From a virus (Duplodnaviria > Caudoviricetes), in the IMG/VR virus record IMGVR_UViG_3300011423_000022, positions 1 to 32,932 of that record: 32,932 nucleotides of DNA, one strand, 5' to 3'. A model generated the notes under the pieces. That model searched no databases, was not told the origin of the DNA, and saw nothing but the letters and a program-made list of their open reading frames with translations. The position numbers and the translations under genes were made by a program. Positions 1 through 5,583 of the stretch are shown in pieces. The first letter of the stretch is position 1, and the number at the start of each line of letters is the position of its first letter.

Positions 1-245
1 CGCCTGGGCCGCCTGGGGCCGCCTGGGGCCGCCTGGGCCGCCTGGGGCCGCCTGGGGCCGCCTGGGGCCGCCTGGGTTACAATACCGTTACCGGGGCCGC
101 CTGGGGCCGCCTGGGCCGCCTGGGGCCGCCTGGGGCCGCCTGGGGCCGCCTGGGGCCGCCTGGGCCGCCTGGGGCCGCCTGGGGCCGCCTGGGGCCGCCT
201 GGGGCCGCCTGGGGCCGCCTGGGGCCGCCTGGGGCCGCCTGGGCC
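1..245. repeat. Tandem array of GGGGCCGCCT / GGGCCGCCT units (about 22 copies), interrupted once at about 77-92
   Basis: Directly visible 9-10 bp units; the array runs off the left edge of the window; one further copy at 591-600. Confidence 0.97.
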
Positions 246-270
246 TAACCCTAGCCGGGTCTAGGGGTTA

Positions 271-309
271 CGGCCGGGGCGGGCCGGGGCGGGCCGGGGC
301 GGGCCGGGT
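271..309. repeat. Short tandem repeat of GGGCCGGGGC (about 3.5 copies)
   Basis: Directly visible; the same motif recurs at about 523-541. Confidence 0.9.
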
Positions 310-478
310 AATCCGCGATTTTAGGCGTAAAAACGTGGGCGGCGGCCGTAAGTAGCTGATAGGTAAGGGGTTAACGGGTTCAGGCCCGTAAGTAGTATAC
401 TAGTCAATAGGTTACGGGTAGCGCCGGACGGGGCCGCCGGGGCCGGTTCGATAAAACCCGAGTAAAAGTAGGAATAAC

Positions 479-507
479 TTTACAGACGGGGATAGGCGCG
501 GTAGGAT
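479..507 (+). promoter_or_regulatory. sigma70-like promoter P1 upstream of the ribozyme-punctuated operon
   Basis: TTTACA (479-484), 17 bp spacer, TAGGAT (502-507), with an A-rich upstream tract; same -35 hexamer and spacing as the promoter at 5029-5057. Confidence 0.7.
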
Positions 508-739
508 GAATTTGTTAGTCGCGGGGCCGGGGCGGGCCGGGTTAGTAGGCGGGCCGCTTACGGTTTAGGTAACTAACCGAGTCGGGTGACGGGGCCGCCT
601 GTTGAAGCAATAGCTGAAGCGCCCAGAAAACTCCCGGTTCGATGCGCCGAAAGTTTGGTGCCCAAGTTAACGGGAACGCAGAGATGCGACGCGCCTGTGA
701 CTTCTGGAGCCAGCTTGAAACCCTTAGGGGAGGAGGCGG

Positions 740-811
740 ATGGTCTGGTCAACCATTACTACCCGCGAGAACCCGCGGGCGACGCGAAGATTTGAGAAGA
801 TGGATGAATGA
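740..811 (+). CDS. Putative 23-aa peptide MVWSTITTRENPRATRRFEKMDE
   Basis: GGAGGAGG directly upstream of ATG 740; its TGA (809-811) overlaps the start of hammerhead 1, as the stops of later genes overlap their ribozymes. Confidence 0.45.
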   Translation: MVWSTITTRENPRATRRFEKMDE

Positions 812-866
812 ACCTAGAAACCGGCCGATGGCCGGTCGCGGGAATTTACCCGCCTGATGAGGGTTC
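810..866 (+). ncRNA. Type II hammerhead ribozyme HH1; predicted cleavage after C837
   Basis: GAACCT-A-GAAA, stem III CCGGCC/GGCCGG, TC, stem I GCGGG/CCCGC with loop AATTTA, CTGATGA, GGGTTC closing stem II. Confidence 0.9.
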
Positions 867-871
867 AAATC

Positions 872-1252
872 ATGAAGACCACGCACGCGCGCTTCAACAA
901 CGCCGGATCGATGCTCGTCGTTTCTCTGAAGAAGGGAAAGAAGGCGATTCAGATCTCGGTCAAGCGTCGGATCGCCGGTGAGAAGCTGGCCACGGGATGC
1001 CGTGAAAGCTTCTCGCTCGATCAGGCATCGGAAGCGCAGAAGTCCTTCGAAACGCTCCGCTCCGCGGCGCTCGCGAAGGGTTGGATCGAAGCCCCGCGGA
1101 CGCTGAAGTCGGCGTTTTCGGAGATCCCGGCGCCGCCTGTCGTCGCTGTCGTCGAACCGACACCGGCGCCCGAGCCGGTTCCGGAGCCGGTCGTCGTCGT
1201 CGAAGAGATCAAGCCGGTCGAGAAGCCGGTCGAGAAGAAGTCGAAGAAGTAG
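872..1252 (+). CDS. Hypothetical protein with a Pro/Glu/Val/Lys low-complexity tail; N-terminal part weakly WGR-like
   Basis: ATG 872 follows GAGGG in HH1; EAQKSFETLRSAALAKGW resembles the C-terminal helix of WGR domains (weak). Confidence 0.8.
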   Translation: MKTTHARFNNAGSMLVVSLKKGKKAIQISVKRRIAGEKLATGCRESFSLDQASEAQKSFETLRSAALAKGWIEAPRTLKSAFSEIPAPPVVAVVEPTPAPEPVPEPVVVVEEIKPVEKPVEKKSKK

Positions 1253-1253
1253 T

Positions 1254-1317
1254 GAACCACGAAACCGTCCTCCTTCGGGAGGACGGTCGCCCGAATTGAC
1301 GGGCCTGATGAGGGTTC
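1254..1317 (+). ncRNA. Type II hammerhead ribozyme HH2; predicted cleavage after C1288
   Basis: GAACCAC-GAAA, 9-bp stem III with cUUCGg loop, TC, stem I GCCCG/CGGGC with loop AATTGA, CTGATGA, GGGTTC. Confidence 0.92.
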
Positions 1318-1322
1318 ATCAC

Positions 1323-1523
1323 ATGAAACTGATCAACACGACCACCCGCAACGCGTTCTACACGATCCACCGCTGGAATGCGAACGTCATCGTTCGCTTC
1401 GGCAAGATCGGAACGAAGGGCCAGATTCGTGTGTTTGAATTCGTCGATCCGCGGTCTGCTCAGTGCTTCTTGGAAGAGAAGATCGAAAAGAAGCTGGATC
1501 GGAACTACGTCGTCGCGGCGTGA
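1323..1523 (+). CDS. WGR-domain-like protein
   Basis: FYTI...VIVRFGKIGTKGQ...A...LEEKIEKKLDRNY matches the WGR pattern (FY...WGRIG..GQ...K..KGY). Confidence 0.8.
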   Translation: MKLINTTTRNAFYTIHRWNANVIVRFGKIGTKGQIRVFEFVDPRSAQCFLEEKIEKKLDRNYVVAA

Positions 1524-1526
1524 TCG

Positions 1527-1585
1527 GAACCTAGAAACCGCCCATCGTGGGCGGTCGCCCGAATCGACGGGCCTGATGAGGGTTC
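1527..1585 (+). ncRNA. Type II hammerhead ribozyme HH3; predicted cleavage after C1556
   Basis: GAACCT-A-GAAA, stem III CCGCCCA/TGGGCGG, TC, GCCCG-AATCGA-CGGGC, CTGATGA, GGGTTC. Confidence 0.9.
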
Positions 1586-1590
1586 ATCAC

Positions 1591-1767
1591 ATGACTTTGA
1601 ACGAGATCATCCAGAAGCTTCTGGATGCCAAGCGGCTTCTCGAAGCCGATGGCCGGGATTGCGACACCGTGTGTGTCTTCTCCCAGACCGGAAGCGAGAT
1701 CGTAAAAATCGATCTCAAGGACGACGGATCCGGGATGGATAACCTGGATCTGTATCTCGGAACCTAG
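1591..1767 (+). CDS. Hypothetical acidic protein (58 aa)
   Basis: ATG 5 nt after HH3; TAG stop lies inside HH4. Confidence 0.75.
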   Translation: MTLNEIIQKLLDAKRLLEADGRDCDTVCVFSQTGSEIVKIDLKDDGSGMDNLDLYLGT

Positions 1768-1815
1768 AAACCGCCTCCGGGCGGTCGCCCGAATCGACGG
1801 GCCTGATGAGGGTTC
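1760..1815 (+). ncRNA. Type II hammerhead ribozyme HH4; predicted cleavage after C1786
   Basis: GAACCT-A-GAAA, stem III CCGCC/GGCGG, TC, GCCCG-AATCGA-CGGGC, CTGATGA, GGGTTC. Confidence 0.9.
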
Positions 1816-1818
1816 ATC

Positions 1819-2019
1819 ATGTTTGAAATCGGACAACGAGTTCATCTTCCATCAATCGATGAGGATTTCCCGGAAGCATTCGGGATCGTCGTTGAAGTCG
1901 GAGAAGTGGGCACACCCTGGGCGTGGGCTCGCGTGAAAATCGAAGACGCGTATCTCACCGGGGACGAAGAGCCGGATGGCACCGTGGAAGTGGATTTCAA
2001 GAACATTCGATCGATCTGA
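1819..2019 (+). CDS. Small acidic protein, possible SH3/KOW-like beta-barrel
   Basis: MFEIGQRV...GIVVEV...ARVKI pattern; bounded by HH4 and HH5. Confidence 0.75.
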   Translation: MFEIGQRVHLPSIDEDFPEAFGIVVEVGEVGTPWAWARVKIEDAYLTGDEEPDGTVEVDFKNIRSI

Positions 2020-2077
2020 ACCTAGAAACCGCCGGCGATCCGGCGGTCGCCCGAATCGACGGGCCTGATGAGGGTTC
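2018..2077 (+). ncRNA. Type II hammerhead ribozyme HH5; predicted cleavage after C2048
   Basis: GAACCT-A-GAAA, stem III CCGCCGG/CCGGCGG, TC, GCCCG-AATCGA-CGGGC, CTGATGA, GGGTTC. Confidence 0.9.
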
Positions 2078-2082
2078 ATCAC

Positions 2083-2817
2083 ATGACAAAAGAGAGGATT
2101 CTGGACAAGCTTCAGAAGATCAAGGCGCATCAAGAAAGCGCTGAGGAGATCGGCAACGAGGCCGAGGCTCAGGCGTTTGCCGAGATGCTCCAAAAGCTTC
2201 TCTTCACCCACCGGCTCGAGATGTCCGATTTGGACTTCGAGAAGATGGAGAAAGAGGAGCCGATTGAGAAGCACGCGATCAGGTATCCGGAGGATCTGAA
2301 ACACAAGAAATCCCGGGTGATCTGGCGCGAGCGCCTCACGTCGATGGCCGCTCGGGCGCACTTCTGTCGGATCCTGGTGCATCGCGGAAGTTCGCAGTGC
2401 ACCTTGGTCGGTCGGAAGAGCGATATCGAGATCGCCGAATACATGGTCGTCACGCTCATGTCGGCGGCGCGTCGCTTGTCCAAATCGGCGGATGCAAAGT
2501 ATCGTCGAGAAACGGGTCTTGGGGCGGCTTCTGGCTTCCGGGATTCGTGGCTCGCGGCCTTCATCGGTCGTCTCGAACAGAGGTTCGACGAGCTGCGTCG
2601 TGAGCACGAAACGACGAGTTCGGTGGCTCTGGTGCGAGTCAACAAATCGGAGGCAGCGGTTCTTGGCTTCATGAAGCAATTCGGCAAAGCCAACTCGATC
2701 GGGCAACTCAATGCCAGCAATTCAGAAGGCTGGCATCGTGGAACGGCCGCCGCAAACGCGATCAATCTGAAAGCGAATGCGATGAAGGATGGCGGCACGA
2801 AGAAACAAATCGGATGA
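2083..2817 (+). CDS. DUF2786-domain protein
   Basis: N-terminal ILDKLQKIKA...NEAEAQAFAEMLQKLLFTHRL matches the DUF2786 pattern; later FRDSWLAAF and GWHRGTAAANAINL segments fit this family. Confidence 0.8.
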   Translation: MTKERILDKLQKIKAHQESAEEIGNEAEAQAFAEMLQKLLFTHRLEMSDLDFEKMEKEEPIEKHAIRYPEDLKHKKSRVIWRERLTSMAARAHFCRILVHRGSSQCTLVGRKSDIEIAEYMVVTLMSAARRLSKSADAKYRRETGLGAASGFRDSWLAAFIGRLEQRFDELRREHETTSSVALVRVNKSEAAVLGFMKQFGKANSIGQLNASNSEGWHRGTAAANAINLKANAMKDGGTKKQIG

Positions 2818-2876
2818 ACTCAGAAACGCGGGTTGTCAACCCGCGTCGCCCGAATCGACGGGCCTGATGAGGGTTC
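2816..2876 (+). ncRNA. Type II hammerhead ribozyme HH6; predicted cleavage after C2847
   Basis: GAACTC-A-GAAA, stem III CGCGGGTT/AACCCGCG, TC, GCCCG-AATCGA-CGGGC, CTGATGA, GGGTTC. Confidence 0.9.
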
Positions 2877-2883
2877 AAACATC

Positions 2884-3075
2884 ATGGGAATTCACGACGT
2901 GCGACCATGTCCTTGTGGCTCTGGACAGAGCTCGTGGTGGGAATTGGATGCGCGAGGCATTCCTCTCGATCGAGTGTGCAAGAAGTGCAAGAAAGAGAAG
3001 CTCGCGCGCTACCGCAAGGATGTGCTGGTGAATCCGAATTATCAATCGGACGAGCCGATCTACGAAGACGACTGA
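2884..3075 (+). CDS. Small Cys-containing protein, probably zinc-binding
   Basis: CPCGSG and CKKC motifs; bounded by HH6 and HH7. Confidence 0.75.
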   Translation: MGIHDVRPCPCGSGQSSWWELDARGIPLDRVCKKCKKEKLARYRKDVLVNPNYQSDEPIYEDD

Positions 3076-3132
3076 ACCCAGAAACCTGGCATCGTGCCAG
3101 GTCGCCGGAATCAACCGGCCTGACGAGGGTTC
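3074..3132 (+). ncRNA. Type II hammerhead ribozyme HH7; predicted cleavage after C3103
   Basis: GAACCC-A-GAAA, stem III CCTGGCA/TGCCAGG, TC, stem I GCCGG/CCGGC (compensatory change) with loop AATCAA, CTGACGA, GGGTTC. Confidence 0.9.
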
Positions 3133-3133
3133 T

Positions 3134-3334
3134 ATGGACAAAGAAATCCGGTGGGTGCGCGTGCTTCATCAGGGACGGGATCGGATCCTGTGCTGGGGTT
3201 GCTTCGTGGATCAGAAGGCAACTCTCCTGAACCGGGTGTTCGGTGCATCGCAGACCTGCGAGGTCTGTGGCAAGTCGGACAAGAAGGGCGCGCCGATCTT
3301 CGATACTCGCGAAGAAAGGGATGGTGAGCGGTGA
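3134..3334 (+). CDS. Small zinc-finger-like protein
   Basis: CWGC and CEVC pairs; ATG 1 nt after HH7. Confidence 0.7.
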   Translation: MDKEIRWVRVLHQGRDRILCWGCFVDQKATLLNRVFGASQTCEVCGKSDKKGAPIFDTREERDGER

Positions 3335-3540
3335 GTCCGCTCATCATCACCGGTTCAGACAAGATCCAGTTCGCTCGGGTCTTGGCTCTGAAAGCTCGCT
3401 TGGGTCTCGAAATCAAGGGACTCAGGTTCCGTGGAAGGAGCGCGTATTCCATCCTGAAATCGGAACTCGGGATGCATGGTTCGCGAGAGAAAGTTTACGC
3501 GGATCTGCAGAAAGCTGTCGACGAGGTGCTTGAGCAATGA
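3331..3540 (+). CDS. Hypothetical phage protein
   Basis: GTGA overlap with the upstream stop and ATGA overlap downstream; protein-like sequence. Confidence 0.75.
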   Translation: MSPLIITGSDKIQFARVLALKARLGLEIKGLRFRGRSAYSILKSELGMHGSREKVYADLQKAVDEVLEQ

Positions 3541-3686
3541 GGGACCTGTTCAGGATCATCGAAGCTTACTTCCAGGACAGAAGTCTGGCGAACTACTCAG
3601 ACGATGCTCTCTGGCAGGCAACGAAAACTCTCCGCTCAGTCGCTGACTGGGCGGAGCGGCAGCGGATCGATCGGAGGAGGAATTGA
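3537..3686 (+). CDS. Hypothetical protein (49 aa, MRDLFRIIEAYF...)
   Basis: Translated by hand; ATGA coupling to the previous gene, GAGGTG upstream. Confidence 0.6.
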   Translation: MRDLFRIIEAYFQDRSLANYSDDALWQATKTLRSVADWAERQRIDRRRN

Positions 3687-3811
3687 TCACTCTCATCGAA
3701 TACAATAGACGATTCGACCTCATCGTCGAAGCGTTCAGAACTGGCTACTTCTCTGCGGACGAAGCGTCGGCTGCCATGTCGGAGCTGACGTCGATGGTCA
3801 TCGTGCACTGA
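3683..3811 (+). CDS. Hypothetical protein (42 aa, TTG start)
   Basis: GGAGGAGG upstream, TTGA coupling; TGA overlaps the start of HH8. Confidence 0.6.
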   Translation: MITLIEYNRRFDLIVEAFRTGYFSADEASAAMSELTSMVIVH

Positions 3812-3873
3812 ACCTAGAAACCTGGCTCTTTCGGGAGCCAGGTCGCCCGAATCGACGGGCCTGAAGAGGGTTC
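3810..3873 (+). ncRNA. Type II hammerhead ribozyme HH8; predicted cleavage after C3844
   Basis: GAACCT-A-GAAA, stem III CCTGGCTC/GAGCCAGG with TTCG-containing loop, TC, GCCCG-AATCGA-CGGGC, CTGAAGA, GGGTTC. Confidence 0.9.
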
Positions 3874-3875
3874 AA

Positions 3876-4043
3876 ATGACAATCAAGATCTACATGCGAG
3901 ATGGCACAGAAGATATGCTCATGAATGTGGGCTCATCCTTCGAGCTCCACCAGGGAATCTTCTCAACCACCGATGCTCTCGGCAATCAAATATCGTATGA
4001 CGATGTCGAGAGAATCGTGGTGGTGGAGGACGACGATGAATGA
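3876..4043 (+). CDS. Hypothetical acidic protein (55 aa, MTIKIYMRDG...)
   Basis: Translated by hand; ATG 2 nt after HH8. Confidence 0.65.
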   Translation: MTIKIYMRDGTEDMLMNVGSSFELHQGIFSTTDALGNQISYDDVERIVVVEDDDE

Positions 4044-4299
4044 CGGACGCGTCGTCCAATATCGCACGCTGAGGCGCCATCCGGCGCGGCGTGGTCATCC
4101 TGCACTCGAAGCAGGCACGATCCTGTGGCTGATTGAGTATCCCAATGGGAGACTCTTCACCTATGGATATGTGCTCAAAGTGAGTGCTGCCAAGGTGAAA
4201 GCCAGTCTCACTGGAACTCAACAGGAGATCGATTTCAATTCGGTTTCAGATCCCGAAGCAGTGATGCAATCGTGGATCGATCCTGGAGATGTCCGATGA
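4036..4299 (+). CDS. Hypothetical protein
   Basis: GGAGG upstream of ATG 4036; overlaps both neighbours. Confidence 0.65.
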   Translation: MNDGRVVQYRTLRRHPARRGHPALEAGTILWLIEYPNGRLFTYGYVLKVSAAKVKASLTGTQQEIDFNSVSDPEAVMQSWIDPGDVR

Positions 4300-4517
4300 A
4301 GTGGGCAGTAACGTCCGTCTCGATCTCGGTCAAGACGCGCCGCCGGATGGGCAAGGCGGCCGTCTCTGTGGTGGATGTCGAGAATCTAAGGAGATTCGGC
4401 GTCAAGGAACCACTCTCCACCGCACTTGATGTGGAGAAGTATTTCGAGAAGACTCGTTCAGGGAGAGAGTCAGTCGCGAAGGTCGTGGATGTTCGCTTGC
4501 TGGACGAGAGGAACTAG
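4296..4517 (+). CDS. Hypothetical protein
   Basis: ATGA coupling, GGAG upstream; TAG stop inside HH9. Confidence 0.65.
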   Translation: MKWAVTSVSISVKTRRRMGKAAVSVVDVENLRRFGVKEPLSTALDVEKYFEKTRSGRESVAKVVDVRLLDERN

Positions 4518-4569
4518 AAACCGGGGCTCTGCCCCGGTCGCCAGAATCAACTGGCCTGACGAGGTTCCT
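4509..4569 (+). ncRNA. Type II hammerhead ribozyme HH9; predicted cleavage after C4539
   Basis: AGGAACT-A-GAAA, stem III CCGGGGC/GCCCCGG, TC, stem I GCCAG/CTGGC with loop AATCAA, CTGACGA, GGTTCCT (stem II changed on both strands). Confidence 0.9.
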
Positions 4570-5004
4570 GTGAAACAATCTCGTATCCCGACCATTGAGG
4601 AACTCGATCGCCATGCACACGACTTGGCTGACGCGTTCGATATCCTCTTGCTTCTAGACGAAAAATATCCTCTTGGATACGGTCGTGCTGCGATCGTGAT
4701 TCTTCGGGAGGATGAAATCCCTGAAGATCTACGGTTGCTCGTCGCACCGGACACCATCGTAAAGATCGTCGCAGCACCACCGATCACCGATGAAACTTCG
4801 TATGCTGCTGTGCTGCACGAAATGGGGCACCACTGCAGTCCGACCGGGTTTGACAAGACTCTGGGCACGATGCTCAGAGAAGAGTCCGCGTGGGAGTGGG
4901 CCGAATACTATGCTCTCCACTGGAGCGTGGCCATGGCTCATCTGAAAGAGATCGCACTCGGAACTTACCGTCGAGCAATTGATAAGCGGAACCGGTCTCG
5001 ATAA
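4570..5004 (+). CDS. HExxH zincin-like metallopeptidase domain protein
   Basis: VLHEMGH followed by EESAW, as in ImmA/IrrE-type zincins; GTG directly after HH9. Confidence 0.7.
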   Translation: MKQSRIPTIEELDRHAHDLADAFDILLLLDEKYPLGYGRAAIVILREDEIPEDLRLLVAPDTIVKIVAAPPITDETSYAAVLHEMGHHCSPTGFDKTLGTMLREESAWEWAEYYALHWSVAMAHLKEIALGTYRRAIDKRNRSR

Positions 5005-5028
5005 CGTGGATCGGAACTCAGATTTCGC

Positions 5029-5057
5029 TTTACATCGGAGCTTGTCTGTAGTATAAT
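5029..5057 (+). promoter_or_regulatory. sigma70-like promoter P2
   Basis: TTTACA (5029-5034), 17 bp spacer, TATAAT (5052-5057), intergenic. Confidence 0.85.
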
Positions 5058-5074
5058 GAAGGTAGGTGGTAGTC

Positions 5075-5197
5075 ATGAGAGTCATCGAATATGCGATGCT
5101 GGTGATGATTGGGGCATTTGCTGCTCATCTCATCACCGACCAGATGCTTCTGGCATTTGGCGAGTTCGTGGCACAGGTGGTGAACCTGGTGCCATAG
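5075..5197 (+). CDS. 40-aa hydrophobic peptide resembling a mature Flp/type IVc pilin
   Basis: Translated by hand: MRVIEYAMLVMIGAFAAHLITDQMLLAFGEFVAQVVNLVP; AGGTGG upstream; first ORF after P2. Confidence 0.6.
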   Translation: MRVIEYAMLVMIGAFAAHLITDQMLLAFGEFVAQVVNLVP

Positions 5198-5205
5198 GAG
5201 GTTCA

Positions 5206-5574
5206 ATGGCCAGTAAGACGTGTAACAGATGTGGTGCTCTGAAAGACGATCACATCTACTACCCTGATCGTGGCGGCCTGATTTGCCCCACGTTCGATGC
5301 GTGGGGAGAACAGGGATTCTTCACAGAAAAGTCCAAGGGAATTCGAAGCATCCCGATCATCGGTGGGTTGTGGCCGCTGTGCAAGACTTGCAAGCACATC
5401 GCTCAAGAGCACGACGAAGGTCGCTGTGGATTTCATGGCACTGGTCAGTGCAAAGAATGTGGCCAGTGGGGTGCCAAGATCCAGTGCTCCTGCACGAAAT
5501 ACGATGGTCCCACGTTTGAAGAGTTCAAACGAGACTATCTGACTCCCGAAGAAATCGCTCACTACAAGTGGTGA
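5206..5574 (+). CDS. Cys/His-rich zinc-binding protein
   Basis: CNRC, CKTCKH...H, CKEC and CSC motifs; GGAGG upstream. Confidence 0.75.
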   Translation: MASKTCNRCGALKDDHIYYPDRGGLICPTFDAWGEQGFFTEKSKGIRSIPIIGGLWPLCKTCKHIAQEHDEGRCGFHGTGQCKECGQWGAKIQCSCTKYDGPTFEEFKRDYLTPEEIAHYKW

Positions 5575-5583
5575 GGAGGATGG

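Noticed and set aside
586-857. ORFs 586-795 and 642-857
   Set aside because: No clear ribosome-binding site, not protein-like, and they cross hairpins or HH1
857-2082. ORF-track starts at 857, 1296, 1378 and 2068 giving MRVQIM/MRVHHM-type N-termini
   Set aside because: These starts lie inside or upstream of the ribozyme (for example the ATG of CTGATGA); the next ATG after the GAGG Shine-Dalgarno is the consistent start
1852-2798. Long minus-strand ORFs 1852-2706 and 2169-2798
   Set aside because: Antisense shadows of the DUF2786 gene and its neighbours
810-4569. Repeats as a CRISPR array
   Set aside because: The intervening sequences are hundreds of bases long, variable and protein-coding; repeat interiors vary while keeping structure; no cas genes in the window
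810-4569. Repeats as integron attC sites or intrinsic terminators
   Set aside because: The ends are GAAC...GTTC rather than RYYYAAC...GTTRRRY, the fold is a three-way junction with a full hammerhead core, there are no U-tracts, and no integrase is in the window
5013-5028. GGAACTCAGA after the peptidase gene as a tenth ribozyme
   Set aside because: It resembles the 5' arm only; GAAA, stem III and CUGANGA are absent. At most a remnant
5181-5205. TGAACCT...AGGTTCA hairpin before ATG 5206, similar to stem II
   Set aside because: No catalytic core between the arms; it may mask the ribosome-binding site but is not a hammerhead
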